This document shows positions 26,665 to 37,866 of a stretch of 46,180 nucleotides of DNA, piece after piece. Position 1 is the first letter of the stretch. Every line of letters starts with the position of its first letter. The stretch comes from Rhodothermales bacterium. GTDB lineage: Bacteria; Bacteroidota; Rhodothermia; Rhodothermales; VXPQ01. The notes under the pieces were generated by a model that saw nothing but the letters and a program-made list of their open reading frames with translations, had not been told where the DNA came from and made no database searches. Where the stretch lies: NCBI GenBank assembly GCA_040904565.1, contig JBBDTI010000028.1:1-46180 (forward strand), given 5' to 3'. A program made the translations under genes and the position numbers.

Positions 26665-28552
26665 CGACGGCCTCAAAATCCAACTCTTCCTTGTGGAGAT
26701 TCGGCGCGCTCAGATCGCCGGAGAACTCCCAGGCGGCGACGTACGAAAAGTCGTCGTCTCGCCGGAGCGCCTCGCCCTCCGCCGTCTGATACTCCTCACG
26801 AAAGTGCGCGCCGCACGATTCTTCGCGCTGGAGCGCGTCCTGCGCCATGAGCTCACCGAGCTCCAGAAAATCAGCGACGCGTCCCGCGAATTCGAGGTTC
26901 TTGTTCAGCGTATCCTTTCTGCCCGGAACGAGCACGTTGTTCCAGTACTCTTCGCGCAGCTTGCGGATGGAGCTGAGGGCCTCTTCCAGACCATCCTTGC
27001 TGCGCGACATGCCGACCTGATCCCACATGATCCGTCCGAGTTCGCGGTGATACTCGGTGACGGTCTTGCTGCCGCCCACGCCCAGCAGGCGTTCGATGCG
27101 GTCGCGCGCCGCTTTTTCGGGTTCGTCGAACGCGGTGTCGGAGGCGTTCAGACTGTCGTCTTCCATCGACGCGATATAATTGCCGAGCGTCGCCGAGATC
27201 ACGAAGTACCCGTCCGCGAGCCCCTGCATGAGGGCGCTGGCACCGAGCCGATTCGCCCCGTGATCCGAAAAATTGGCTTCTCCCAGCACAAACAGGCCTG
27301 GAATCGTGCTCATCAGGTCGTAATCCACCCAGAGGCCGCCCATCGTGTAGTGCACGGCCGGGTAGATGCGCATCGGCACTTCGTACGGGTTCTCGCCCGT
27401 GATGCGCTCATACATCTCGAATAAATTGCCGTAGCGTTCTTCGATGGTCGACTTACCGAGTCGCCCGATAGCGTCGGCAAAATCGAGATAGACGGCCTGG
27501 CCCGTCGCGCCGACGCCGCGGCCCGCGTCGCAGACCTGCTTCGCCGCGCGCGAGGCGACGTCGCGCGGCACGAGGTTGCCGAAGCTCGGATACCGGCGCT
27601 CGAGATAATAGTCGCGTTCTTCCTCGGGAATCTGGTTGGCCGGCCGGTCGTCATCGCTGTCCTCCGGCACCCAGACGCGTCCGTCATTCCGCAGGCTCTC
27701 GCTCATCAGCGTCAGCTTCGACTGATAGTGGCCCGACACGGGAATACACGTCGGATGAATCTGCGTGAAACACGGATTCGCGAAGTACGCCCCCCGGCGA
27801 TGACACCGCCAGGCGGCCGTCACGTTCGAGTTCTTGGCGTTCGTCGACAGAAAGTACGCGTTGCCGTAGCCGCCCGTACAGAGGAGGACGGCGTCGCCGG
27901 CATGTCGTTCGAGCTCCCCGGTTACGAGATTGCGGGTGATGATGCCGCGCGCGCGGCCGTCGACCACGACGAGGTCGAGCATTTCTCGCCGTGGCAGCAT
28001 CTCGACTTTACCGGCATCGACCTGGCGTTCGAGCGCCTGATAGGCGCCGAGCAGCAGCTGCTGTCCGGTCTGCCCGCGCGCGTAGAACGTGCGCGAGACC
28101 TGGGCCCCGCCGAAGGATCGATTGGCGAGAAGCCCTCCGTATTCTCGGGCAAAAGGCACGCCCTGCGCCACGCACTGATCGATGATATTGTTGCTGATCG
28201 TCGCCAGACGATAGACGTTGGCTTCACGGGAGCGGTAGTCACCGCCCTTCACCGTGTCGTAGAACAGCCGCCAGATCGTGTCGCCGTCGTGCGGATAGTT
28301 CTTCGCCGCGTTGATGCCCCCCTGGGCGGCAATGGAATGCGCGCGGCGCGGCGAGTCCTGGATGCAAAACGCCTTAACGTTGTAGCCCAGCTCGGCGAGG
28401 GAAGCCGCGGCGGATCCGCCGGCGAGACCCGTTCCCACGACGATGACGGTGTACTTCCGCTTATTCGCCGGATTGACCAGCTTCGTCCGGTCGAGATAGT
28501 TCTGCCACTTTTCGTGCAGCGGCCCCGATGGGATGTTGGAGTCCAGACTCAT
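26639..28552 (-). CDS. sdhA: Succinate dehydrogenase/fumarate reductase flavoprotein subunit
   Basis: 'VVGTGLAG', covalent-FAD motif 'AHSIAAQGG', 'QIHPT', 'HYTMGG', '[11 protein letters not shown]'. Start set at ATG 28552. Confidence 0.96.
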   Translation of the reverse strand: MSLDSNIPSGPLHEKWQNYLDRTKLVNPANKRKYTVIVVGTGLAGGSAAASLAELGYNVKAFCIQDSPRRAHSIAAQGGINAAKNYPHDGDTIWRLFYDTVKGGDYRSREANVYRLATISNNIIDQCVAQGVPFAREYGGLLANRSFGGAQVSRTFYARGQTGQQLLLGAYQALERQVDAGKVEMLPRREMLDLVVVDGRARGIITRNLVTGELERHAGDAVLLCTGGYGNAYFLSTNAKNSNVTAAWRCHRRGAYFANPCFTQIHPTCIPVSGHYQSKLTLMSESLRNDGRVWVPEDSDDDRPANQIPEEERDYYLERRYPSFGNLVPRDVASRAAKQVCDAGRGVGATGQAVYLDFADAIGRLGKSTIEERYGNLFEMYERITGENPYEVPMRIYPAVHYTMGGLWVDYDLMSTIPGLFVLGEANFSDHGANRLGASALMQGLADGYFVISATLGNYIASMEDDSLNASDTAFDEPEKAARDRIERLLGVGGSKTVTEYHRELGRIMWDQVGMSRSKDGLEEALSSIRKLREEYWNNVLVPGRKDTLNKNLEFAGRVADFLELGELMAQDALQREESCGAHFREEYQTAEGEALRRDDDFSYVAAWEFSGDLSAPNLHKEELDFEAVELTTRSYK

Positions 28553-28565
28553 AGAAACGACGTTA

Positions 28566-29276
28566 CTAGGCGGCGAAGAAAATGTAGAGAGGGAGTACCA
28601 GAAAGCCCAGGACGATCCCAATGGCGAGCACGGTTCCGACCGCGTAGACAAGCGGCGTCAGGCGCCTGTTCATGGCGCCGAGCGACTGAAAGGCGCTCCA
28701 GATGCCGTGGCGAAGATGAAATCCGAGCAGCAGCATCACGCCGGTATACCCGAATGCATAGAGCGGATTCTGGAATTTTTCCGTGACCAGGCGCTTCAGG
28801 TCACGAATTTCCTCGCCGCCGACGGTGACGGCATACCCTTCTGCGATTCCCGGCCCGAATTTGAACGTATTGATGTGGATGACCAGGAACACCAGGAGTA
28901 CGATGCCGGTGACGATCATCGATCTTGAACTCAGCGACTGCCGGCTCGGGCGGCCCGCACTTTCATACTGCTCGTACCCCTGCTTGCGAGCGCGCCGCTT
29001 CCCGAGATAGATGTTGACGCCCGCGACCACGTGGATCACGAGTCCGGCGACCAGTAGCGTCTCGATCAGATAGAGCAGCGGACCGAGGCTCATGAGCGCC
29101 TCCGTATATTCGTTGTAGGCTTCCCCGGCGCCGAAATAGCCCAGATTACCCGCCATGTGCAGGATGACGAAAAGCACCCATCCGAGTCCGGTGAGTCCGG
29201 TAAGCAGCTTCTTGCCGATGGGGGACGTCATCGCCGACCACAAACCGGGCTTTCCGTTGTTGTCCTTATTGGCCAT
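28566..29276 (-). CDS. sdhC: Succinate dehydrogenase cytochrome b subunit (single 5-TM anchor)
   Basis: '[11 protein letters not shown]', heme-ligand His motifs 'LHMAGN', 'VIHVV', 'VIHI', 'FHLRHG'; directly upstream of sdhA. Confidence 0.92.
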   Translation of the reverse strand: MANKDNNGKPGLWSAMTSPIGKKLLTGLTGLGWVLFVILHMAGNLGYFGAGEAYNEYTEALMSLGPLLYLIETLLVAGLVIHVVAGVNIYLGKRRARKQGYEQYESAGRPSRQSLSSRSMIVTGIVLLVFLVIHINTFKFGPGIAEGYAVTVGGEEIRDLKRLVTEKFQNPLYAFGYTGVMLLLGFHLRHGIWSAFQSLGAMNRRLTPLVYAVGTVLAIGIVLGFLVLPLYIFFAA

Positions 29277-29476
29277 TTGCCCGTCGATCTACAGCGTTGG
29301 TACGGTACGTAAGAGGGTCCGGCGGCACCACGAAAGTAAACTACGGGATCCCGCCGGGTGGTTAAAGTCCGGATGAATATACTCGAAAGCACGTTCGCCT
29401 TCACAAACGGAGAGGCATCGGTTTGCGGGCCTACTGCCGGCGGATCGCCGGGATGCGCCATCATCTACGGACATCT

Positions 29477-30676
29477 CTATCCCGCGCTGGACGCCTGGCG
29501 GGCATCGAGGGCTTGTACGCGCCGGTCGCGCGGCCCGACGTATTCGGCGCGCGGACGAATGAGACGATTGCCTTCCCACTGCTCGAGGAGATGGGCGGTC
29601 CACCCGCTCGTGCGGCTGAGCGCGAAGATGGGCGTGTAGAGATCGATGTCTATCCCGAGCATGTAGTACACCGACGCACTGAAGAAATCGACGTTGGGGT
29701 AGAGCCCCTTCTCGTCATGGAGCGTCTCCATGATTTCCACACTGAGCTCGTACCACTTTCGTGAATCCGTCTCATCGCTCAGATCCTCGACCATCTCCCG
29801 CAGAATGGCGGCGCGGGGATCCATCGTCTTATAGACGCGGTGGCCGAAGCCCATCACGCGTTCTTTTCGTTCGAGCTTCGACTTAACGTAATCGGCCGGA
29901 GATGCTCCGGACGCATCCAGCTCCAGAAGCATGCGCATGACTTCCTGATTGGCCCCGCCGTGTAGCGGCCCCTTCAGGGCTCCGATGGCTCCCGTAATGC
30001 CGGAGTAGATGTCCGACAGCGTCGAACCGATGACCCGCCCCGTAAACGTGGATGCATTCAGGCCGTGCTCGGCGTGGAGAACGAGGCAGACGTCGAACGT
30101 TTTCTCCGCCGCCTCTCCCGGTGCCTGGCCGTTCAGCATGTAGAGAAAGTCGTGCGCCAGCGAGCAGTCCTTTTTCGGAGCGACGGGCTCTTTCCCTTTA
30201 CGCAGCCGATCGAAGGCCGCAATCACGGTGGGGATGCGTGCCACGAGACGCACGGCCTTTCGGTAGTTTGCCTCGTGCGACATCTCGTCCGCCTCTTCAT
30301 CGAACAGCGAGAGCGCCGACACCGCCGTGCGGAGGGCCGCCATCGGATTCGCGTCATCCGGCATCCGTGCGAGTATGTCCAGCATCACCGGCGGCAGATC
30401 GCGCTCGGCGCGCAGGCGTTCATTCAGGTCGGCGAGCTGCGTGCGGGTCGGCAGGTCACCGTTCCACAGGAGATACGCGACTTCTTCGAACGAAGCATTC
30501 TCGGCGAGGTCATGTATGTCATAACCCCGGTAGATCAGCTCACCGACGTTCCCGTCGATGAACGAGATGTTCGAATCAAGCGCGACGACTCCTTCGAGGC
30601 CGCGAGCCTTCACCGCCTGTCCCGAGCTTTCCGGTTTCGACTCGTCGTCGGATATGTTCGCGAGGGAGTCTTGCAT
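29477..30676 (-). CDS. gltA: Citrate synthase
   Basis: 'GLEGVVA', 'LHAEHGLNASTF', 'GPLHGGAN', 'MGFGHRVYK', 'PNVDFFS'. Confidence 0.95.
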   Translation of the reverse strand: MQDSLANISDDESKPESSGQAVKARGLEGVVALDSNISFIDGNVGELIYRGYDIHDLAENASFEEVAYLLWNGDLPTRTQLADLNERLRAERDLPPVMLDILARMPDDANPMAALRTAVSALSLFDEEADEMSHEANYRKAVRLVARIPTVIAAFDRLRKGKEPVAPKKDCSLAHDFLYMLNGQAPGEAAEKTFDVCLVLHAEHGLNASTFTGRVIGSTLSDIYSGITGAIGALKGPLHGGANQEVMRMLLELDASGASPADYVKSKLERKERVMGFGHRVYKTMDPRAAILREMVEDLSDETDSRKWYELSVEIMETLHDEKGLYPNVDFFSASVYYMLGIDIDLYTPIFALSRTSGWTAHLLEQWEGNRLIRPRAEYVGPRDRRVQALDARQASSAG

Positions 30677-31486
30677 AGGTCTTTATATCGTCTACATGCC
30701 TGGTACGAATTCGACGACGCCCGCGAAACTTCGTGTGCGGCGCACCACGCGACGGCTTCGGAAACCGGCGGCATCGAACGTGCGAGATCGTCTGCGTGGC
30801 AGTATACGCACAAATGAAGACACGGTGCCTGCCCCCTTCCCATCTCACGCAGCGCAAAGATTGCCCGGGGTGTCGTCCCGAGCAACGCCCGAATATTACC
30901 GAATAAGTCCGACATCTCGGCCGACGACGGGATCATTTCATCCGAGATTTGAATATCAAACCAAAGAAGTTTGACGTCATTACAACAAATTACGGGAGCC
31001 TACCGGCGCTTTGCACCCCGTAGCACGAAAACCGTCAAGCGTTTGTGTTCGACACATGTGCGTTTGATACACAGGGTGCACGTTCCACGTCCCGGGCGAC
31101 GTCGCTCACCGAGCGTGTCGCACATCAACTTCCTGACAGGAGCATATTTTGCTCGACTATTCCGCTGACCTTTTACTGATATGTGGCACCCTGACTGGGG
31201 TGCTGTTTCTAACACGCGAGTTTTTCCAATATATCAAGGAGTGCTACACGCTCCCCTTGAGACGGTCCCTTTTTGCCAACTCCCGTGCCGACTGGCACAG
31301 AGGGCTGGGCTGCTTGACCCCCGAACCGATCTCCGCGTACGCTGATGCAGCGAGCGCTCGAGACATCTGCCATTCCACAACACCTTATGAACTCGTTCGG
31401 GTACATACTGAGCGCACGTGCGCGCGGCCGGGTCCGACCACGACGCGAAATGACCGGCTCATGGGAGACGTGTGCTTACGTCTTTT

Positions 31487-33424
31487 ATGGGGAAAGAAAT
31501 TGTCGTTAACACCGAGAAGGAGCAGACACGCATCGCCATTCTCGAGAAAGGTGATCTTGTAGAACTCTACATAGAGAACCCCGAGAACGTCCGAACGATC
31601 GGCGATATCTATCTCGGCAAGGTCCGCAAGATCATGCCGAGTATACGGGCCGCGTTCGTCGACATCGGTCAGAAGCAGGACGCCTTCCTTCATTTTTCGG
31701 ATCTGGCGGATGACTTCGAGTATCTGCTCGACTTCGTCAATCAGGACCAGCCGCACGTCGGTCCGGGTTCCGCCAGATCGCAGAAACCGCAGCGCAAGCG
31801 CGGCAAGCGAAGAAAACCGCAGGGTAAGAAAGGGGGCGACGGGAGTACATCTTCTGACGGCAAGGGACGCGGCAAATCGAACGCCCAGGCGCGCGGCAAG
31901 CGACGCCAGGCGCAGCAGCGGTCGAAGCGCGGCAAGAAGGGCCGCGGCGGCTCGGGCCGTCCGGAGAAGCTGCTCAAACGTGACCAGCGCATTCTCGTCA
32001 AGATCGTCAAGGAGCCCATCTCGAACAAGGGCAGCCGCGTCTCGACGGACATTTCGATGGCGGGCCGCTTTCTCGTTCTGGTGCCCTTCGGCGATTACGT
32101 CGCCGTCTCGAAGAAAATCAATTCCTACAAGGAGCGGCGGCGCCTGAAGGCGCTGGCGAAGAGCCTCGTACCTGAAGGATTCGGCGTCATTATTCGGACG
32201 GTCGCCGAGGGCAAGAATGCGAAGACGCTCGATACGGATCTCAACCTCCTCATCGAGAAATGGCGCAACCTGGAGAAGAAGCTCGCCGGGCGACCTAATG
32301 CACCTATGGTGGTCCACCAGGACGTAAACATGCTCTCGTCGGTGATGCGGGATCTGTTTACGGACGACTACGACCGCGTGCTGATCGACGACGAGAAGCT
32401 CTATCGGAACGTAAAGAGTTACACGCAGGCCGTGGCGCCCCAGATGACGGACGCCATCCAATTCCACCGCGGGAACCAGCACGTGTTCGAGGCCGCCGGC
32501 GTCTATTCGGAGATCCAGGAAGCCTTCGAAGGACGCGTCAACCTGCCGGGTGGCGGCTATCTCTTCATCGAGCACACGGAGGCCATGCACGTCGTCGACG
32601 TCAACTCCGGCCGTTCGGGCCGCGGCCTCTCCCAGGAAGAAAACTCGCTGCGCGTCAACCTGGAGGCGGCGCGTGCCATCTCCAAGCAGATTCGCATTCG
32701 CGATCTGGGCGGCATCATCGTGGTCGACTTCATCGACCTTCGCAACGATAACAACAGGCGAAAGGTCTACGACGAACTGAAAAAGGAATTCAAGAAGGAT
32801 CGTGCCGTAACGAAAGTGCTGCCGATGAGCGATTTTGGGCTCATTCAGATTACGCGGCAGCGCATGCGGCCGAGCATCACGGTGAGCCAGTCCTCGGATT
32901 TCCTCACCAAGAACGGCTCATCAAATGGATCGAAGAAGGCGCCTTCGAAGCCTGACGACCGGAAACGGGAGGAGAAGAAGAGCAGTCCTCCCGCTGACAA
33001 CCGGAAGCGTGATGAAGAACGCGCACAGCGTACCGGGCCCAAGACCGAGTCGCGCCGCTCGGGCGGCAGAGGTTCTCAACCCGCGCACGCTCGGGACGCG
33101 TCGAAGAATGCATCGGTCGCACCTCGCGCACCATCGACGGCGCAGCCCGTAGCCGATCCGCGGGAACTGGTCGAAAAAATGGAACAGTGGCTGGTCGACT
33201 ACAAGACGATGGGGAATCGGCGAGCGGTGACGCTATCCGTGCATCCGTTTACGGCCGCCTATCTGAACCGCAAGGTCCCGAACCACCCCACTCGGTGGTT
33301 CATGAAGCATCTCGTGCGCGTCCGCCTTGAAACCGACGACACCGTATCGCCGCTTTCCTTCCGGTTTGCCGACTCCCGATCGGGCGAAGACCTGACGGAA
33401 AAGGTGGCGCTACCGGATAGTTGA
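31487..33424 (+). CDS. Rne/Rng family endoribonuclease
   Basis: 'GDIYLGKV...AAFVDIG', 'KEPISNKG', 'VVDVNSG', 'GGIIVVDFID', 'FGLIQITRQR'. Start set at ATG 31487. Confidence 0.95.
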   Translation: MGKEIVVNTEKEQTRIAILEKGDLVELYIENPENVRTIGDIYLGKVRKIMPSIRAAFVDIGQKQDAFLHFSDLADDFEYLLDFVNQDQPHVGPGSARSQKPQRKRGKRRKPQGKKGGDGSTSSDGKGRGKSNAQARGKRRQAQQRSKRGKKGRGGSGRPEKLLKRDQRILVKIVKEPISNKGSRVSTDISMAGRFLVLVPFGDYVAVSKKINSYKERRRLKALAKSLVPEGFGVIIRTVAEGKNAKTLDTDLNLLIEKWRNLEKKLAGRPNAPMVVHQDVNMLSSVMRDLFTDDYDRVLIDDEKLYRNVKSYTQAVAPQMTDAIQFHRGNQHVFEAAGVYSEIQEAFEGRVNLPGGGYLFIEHTEAMHVVDVNSGRSGRGLSQEENSLRVNLEAARAISKQIRIRDLGGIIVVDFIDLRNDNNRRKVYDELKKEFKKDRAVTKVLPMSDFGLIQITRQRMRPSITVSQSSDFLTKNGSSNGSKKAPSKPDDRKREEKKSSPPADNRKRDEERAQRTGPKTESRRSGGRGSQPAHARDASKNASVAPRAPSTAQPVADPRELVEKMEQWLVDYKTMGNRRAVTLSVHPFTAAYLNRKVPNHPTRWFMKHLVRVRLETDDTVSPLSFRFADSRSGEDLTEKVALPDS

Positions 33425-33430
33425 GCGCTC

Positions 33431-35098
33431 CTAGCCCGTGAAGTAGATCCACAGCAGGCCGACACCGATGGCCACGCCGATGGTGAGCCATACGTCGACG
33501 CGGCGCCATGCCGGATCGCTTTCGAGATCCGCCGATATGTCGTCCCGTTCCACGTCCAATTCGGATTCCTCCGCGGTTCCGTACGTGAGGCCTCGTATCT
33601 GCTCGAAGGATGGAGGGCGCGTCAGCAAGCTAACGCCTACGAGTGCGATGAGGCAAACGACGAAGAGGATGATCGCGAAGTGCAGGAAATTCACCTCTGC
33701 GATCGCCTCCCAGATCGAGCCCGACGCCAGGCCGGCCCGGTCCGCCCCGTTGGCCAGCTCGAGAATGAGCCGGATGGTCCCCAGCACGAAGCCCAGCAGC
33801 AGTGAGGTAATCGCACCGTCCGCGTTGATGCGTCGCCAGAGGATCCCGACGAGAAAGACGGCGGCAATCGGGGGTGCAATGTAGGCCTGCACGGACTGCA
33901 GATACTCGTAGAGGCGGCCCGAGATGATCTGCATAAAGGGGATCCAGAGGAGCCCGAACACGACGAGTGCTCCGGTTGCCAGGCGACCGACCCAGACGAG
34001 CCTCCGTTCCGTCGCATTCGGTTTCATCTTCTTATAGATGTCCCACGTGATAAGCGTCGAGCACGAGTTAAAGACGGACGACAGCGAGCTCATGAGCGCC
34101 GCCAGGAGACCGGCCACGACGAGCCCCCGGAGTCCGGCCGGCAAAAGGAGTCCGACCAGCGCCGGCAGCGCCTGATCCGACTGAGCGAGCTCCAGCTGAC
34201 CCTGCTCGGCGAGGACGTACGCAATCACGCCCGGGATCACGAAGATAAACAGCGGCAGGAGCTTCAGATAGCCGGCGAAGATCGTTCCGCGCCGGGCGTG
34301 GTCCTCGTTCTTTGCGGAAAGCGTTCGCTGTACGATGAACTGATCCGTGCACCAGTACCAGACGGCCAGGATCGGCGCACCGAACAGGATGCCCGTCCAT
34401 GGGAAAGACGGGTCGGTCATCGGCTTCCATAGATTGAAGAAGCCCGGGCCGGCCGTCTCGCGAAGCATCGACCACCCGCCCACTTCTCCAAGCCCGATCA
34501 CCGTAACCGCCGTCGCGCCGCCGATAAGCACGAACATCTGAATGAGGTCCGTATAGACGACGGCCCGGAGTCCGCCCATAATCGTGTAGATGCCCGTAAT
34601 GACGACGACGATGAACGCACCGACCCAGAAGTTGATGCCCATCAGCGTTTCGAAGACGATGCCGCCGGCGTAGATCGTGACCGAAATCTTCGTCAGCACG
34701 TAGCCTACGATCGAGATGATCGACAGATACCACCTCGCCGCGGGGGAATATCGACGCTCGAGAAATTCGGGCATCGTGTACACGCCGCTCTTGATGTAAA
34801 ACGGAACGAAGACCCAGCCCAGCAAGAGGAGTACGAGCGAGGCGAGGATCTCAAACTGACCGACGGCCACTCCGCTGTTCGCGCCCGTCCCGGCGAGACC
34901 GATCAGATGCTCGGAGCCGATATTCGACGCGAAGAGCGACGCGCCCACGACGAACCACCCTACGTTTCGTCCGGCGAGAAAATACCCGGCCGCCGTCTCA
35001 TCCTTACGTTCCTGGATATAGGCCCATGCCGCGACGGCAAAGACCAGGATGAAGTACAGAATGATGACGAGCCAGTCGACAGCTATCAGTCCGGGCAT
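33431..35098 (-). CDS. Sodium:solute symporter (SGLT-like, probably sugar/polyol)
   Basis: 'YFLAGR', 'GASLFASNIGSEH', 'TMPEFLERRY', 'GGLRAVVYTD', 'WYWCTDQFIVQR', 'AALMSSL'. Confidence 0.95.
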   Translation of the reverse strand: MPGLIAVDWLVIILYFILVFAVAAWAYIQERKDETAAGYFLAGRNVGWFVVGASLFASNIGSEHLIGLAGTGANSGVAVGQFEILASLVLLLLGWVFVPFYIKSGVYTMPEFLERRYSPAARWYLSIISIVGYVLTKISVTIYAGGIVFETLMGINFWVGAFIVVVITGIYTIMGGLRAVVYTDLIQMFVLIGGATAVTVIGLGEVGGWSMLRETAGPGFFNLWKPMTDPSFPWTGILFGAPILAVWYWCTDQFIVQRTLSAKNEDHARRGTIFAGYLKLLPLFIFVIPGVIAYVLAEQGQLELAQSDQALPALVGLLLPAGLRGLVVAGLLAALMSSLSSVFNSCSTLITWDIYKKMKPNATERRLVWVGRLATGALVVFGLLWIPFMQIISGRLYEYLQSVQAYIAPPIAAVFLVGILWRRINADGAITSLLLGFVLGTIRLILELANGADRAGLASGSIWEAIAEVNFLHFAIILFVVCLIALVGVSLLTRPPSFEQIRGLTYGTAEESELDVERDDISADLESDPAWRRVDVWLTIGVAIGVGLLWIYFTG

Positions 35099-35343
35099 GT
35101 CGTAACATGAGATTTATCAGAGAATCGAGATCGCGACGGAACCGCTTGCGTTAACGGACTCCGTCGCGGGGCGACGCCGTAGAGACCCGCCAGATATTTT
35201 GACAAACTAGTTAAAGCAAAGTAGGGATAACGGCAACAGACTCTACCCTGCCGGAGACGAATGAAATGTCTACTTTGTGCCCCCCCTTTGTGACGTCCGC
35301 CCCGTGAGCCCACCGCCGTACCCGATTCACCGTACGAGATCCC

Positions 35344-36126
35344 ATGCATAGTATCGACGACCAGGCGCCGTACGCGACGCGCGTGCCGGCCGTATTGCTT
35401 CTTCTCATCCTGTTCGCTTTTTCGCCTTGCGACGCCCGTGCTCAGATGTTCTCGTACGGCGGAGACCGTCCGCGGAGCGTCCAGTCGGTTTCGTTCGTGT
35501 ATCAGCTCATCGAATTCACGCGCGACGGAGAGGGGCAGGCCGGCCAGACGTTCGATTTTTCGGGACCTGCCTACGGTCTGACGTACGCCCGCCCGAACGT
35601 TACCGCATCGATCGTTTACGGACCGGAGAGCGAGGACGACACGCGTGACCTCCGGCTGCTCGACGCGACGATAGCGACCTGGGGAGAGGTGGTTCTTTCC
35701 GGTTCGCCGACGTCCGACCGGCTCTTTTTGCCCATCGGCCTGCAGTCCAACTATCGGCGCGTTGCCCCGCGCGGCAGCGAGAACTCGCTGGTCGATTCAT
35801 TCAACCTCACGGTGCTGGCGCTGGGTGCCGGACTCGGATATACGGCCGACCTCCGTGAGTCCGCTCGCTTCGAAATACGCGCCATGCCCATGATCGGCAT
35901 CGCACTGCGCGCGTTCGGCGAATCGACGGGCGTCTCCTATCTACTGGATACCGACGCGCGCCTGCATCTGCTGGAGGTAGCTGGACGCGTAGGGCTCTCG
36001 GCCGGTTATGCCTTCCGACTGCAGAGCTGGAACGTAAGCGGCTCGGACCTGCTCCTTGGCGTGCAGGATGATCTGTTCGACTATTCCAGCGCACAACACG
36101 TCTTTACGATTGGAATCAACTGGTGA
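35344..36126 (+). CDS. Hypothetical exported protein, probable outer-membrane beta-barrel
   Basis: Signal peptide ending 'ARA-Q', alternating beta-strand patterns, C-terminal 'HVFTIGINW' beta-signal. Confidence 0.65.
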   Translation: MHSIDDQAPYATRVPAVLLLLILFAFSPCDARAQMFSYGGDRPRSVQSVSFVYQLIEFTRDGEGQAGQTFDFSGPAYGLTYARPNVTASIVYGPESEDDTRDLRLLDATIATWGEVVLSGSPTSDRLFLPIGLQSNYRRVAPRGSENSLVDSFNLTVLALGAGLGYTADLRESARFEIRAMPMIGIALRAFGESTGVSYLLDTDARLHLLEVAGRVGLSAGYAFRLQSWNVSGSDLLLGVQDDLFDYSSAQHVFTIGINW

Positions 36127-36207
36127 GCCTCGGCGGCTCGAACCTCACCCCTCGGTAGGCATTAAAAACAGCTCGCGTTCACGAGCTGGTTACAGGTCAG
36201 CAGCAAC

Positions 36208-36501
36208 ATGAAAACGGAACGGATCATCGAGGAGCTCAAGCAGGCCGCGGGCCGGCTCGGCTTTGAAGTGCGCACGGAGAAAGGCAACTTTCGCGGCGGG
36301 CGGTGCACCGTGGGTAATGAAGAAATCATCATGCTGAACAAGCGCCATCTACCGGAAGCACAGCTCGTGGTCCTCGCCGACAGCCTCCGCGACCTGCCCG
36401 TCGACGAGATTTTTCTCAAACCGGCCGTCCGCGACGCGCTGGAGGAAGCGTGGAAGCAGAGTGACGCGCTCGAAGCAGAAGGAGTGGATGAGTCAGACTG
36501 A
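36208..36501 (+). CDS. Small hypothetical protein
   Basis: 97 aa, 'VRTEKGNFRGGRC...IMLNKR'; overlaps the next gene start, so probably in an operon. Confidence 0.75.
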   Translation: MKTERIIEELKQAAGRLGFEVRTEKGNFRGGRCTVGNEEIIMLNKRHLPEAQLVVLADSLRDLPVDEIFLKPAVRDALEEAWKQSDALEAEGVDESD

Positions 36502-37291
36502 CCCACCCGTCCACGTAACGCTGCTGGGTACCGGCACGTCGACAGGAGTCCCGGTGATCGGATGCCGTTGCCGTGTCTGTACGTCGGAGGACCCACGAGA
36601 TCGACGAACGCGGTGTGCCTGCTACGTCGAGACGAACGGTCTAAAGATAATCATCGATACGGGCCCCGACTTTCGAAGCCAGGCACTTCGAGAGGATATT
36701 CGCCATGTCGATGCCGTCCTCTTCACCCACCACCATTTCGACCATGTCGCCGGGATCGACGACCTCCGGCCATTCCTTTTCGAGAACCGTCGACCGATCC
36801 CTTGCTTCGCGCGAGACAATGCGGTGGAGGTCATCCAGTCGATGTTTCAGTACATCTTCGAAGACGGTTCCTATCCGGGCGTTCCGGATTTGATGCTCGA
36901 AACCGTCTCCCGACCGTTCGACGTCGTAAGCCGAGACGACCCGGACCGCTCGGTCCACGTTATCCCGATCGACGTCTCACACGGACGCCTTCCTCTTTTC
37001 GGATACCGAATCGGCGACTTTGCGTATCTGACGGACACGAGCTTCATCCCGGAAGCAAGCTTCGACTTGCTGGTCGGCGTGGACGTGCTCGTGCTGGACG
37101 CCCTCCGCGAGAGAAACCATCCGACCCACTTCTCGATCGACGATGCCGTACGGACCGCACGCCGCATCGGTGCGCGGCAGACGTACTTCATCCACATGGC
37201 ACACGACGTCCTGCATGCCGAAGCCGACGAAGCACTCCCGGAGGGCATTCATCTGGGATACGACGGGCTGACGTTCACAGCGGGAAGGTAG
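36488..37291 (+). CDS. MBL-fold metallo-hydrolase (PhnP-like)
   Basis: 'LGTGTSTGVPVIGCRCRVC', 'IDTGPDFR', 'THHHFDH', 'AYLTD', 'HPTHF', 'HMAH'. Start set at ATG 36488. Confidence 0.92.
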   Translation: MSQTDPPVHVTLLGTGTSTGVPVIGCRCRVCTSEDPRDRRTRCACYVETNGLKIIIDTGPDFRSQALREDIRHVDAVLFTHHHFDHVAGIDDLRPFLFENRRPIPCFARDNAVEVIQSMFQYIFEDGSYPGVPDLMLETVSRPFDVVSRDDPDRSVHVIPIDVSHGRLPLFGYRIGDFAYLTDTSFIPEASFDLLVGVDVLVLDALRERNHPTHFSIDDAVRTARRIGARQTYFIHMAHDVLHAEADEALPEGIHLGYDGLTFTAGR

Positions 37292-37395
37292 CGCCGTAGG
37301 CACGCAGCGGAAAGCGATCGACGGCATGTTGGGGCGAGTCGATTGTGTATATTCTCACGTGGCCAGACGGTGGATGGGCCGTGAACCAGACTGAC

Positions 37396-37866
37396 ATGAA
37401 CGAAACCGACCGAACGCACGTGAAGCTGCTCATTCTCAACGGACCGAACCTCAACCTGCTCGGCACGCGCGAACCGGAAACGTACGGGCACGCGACACTG
37501 GACGACGTGGAGCAATCGCTCCGCGAAGCCTTCCCGGACATCGCCTTTCGTTTCGTCCAGAGCAATCACGAGGGCGAGCTGATCGATGCGCTTCACGCCG
37601 CGGCAGGGGATGAGACGACGGGGGTGGTGTTCAATCCGGGTGGATTCACGCATACGTCCGTCGCCCTTCGCGATGCCATGGCGGCCATCGACGTACCTGT
37701 CGTCGAGGTGCACCTTTCCAACATTCACGCACGCGAGCCCTTTCGGCATCGCTCGTTGACGGCCGGAGCGGCGGTCGGACAGATATCGGGGCTCGGCGTC
37801 CGAGGATACGAGCTCGCCGTGCGCTTTTTCTCAGAAGCATCGCAACCGAATTCAGGGAGCGGATGA
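37396..37866 (+). CDS. aroQ: Type II 3-dehydroquinate dehydratase
   Basis: '[18 protein letters not shown]', 'QSNHEG', '[15 protein letters not shown]', '[15 protein letters not shown]'. Start uncertain (37381, 37396 or 37420). Confidence 0.96.
   Translation: MNETDRTHVKLLILNGPNLNLLGTREPETYGHATLDDVEQSLREAFPDIAFRFVQSNHEGELIDALHAAAGDETTGVVFNPGGFTHTSVALRDAMAAIDVPVVEVHLSNIHAREPFRHRSLTAGAAVGQISGLGVRGYELAVRFFSEASQPNSGSG

Noticed and set aside
37381-37410. Degenerate 15-bp duplication at the aroQ 5' end ([10 protein letters not shown])
   Set aside because: Two imperfect copies only; affects start choice but suggests no function.
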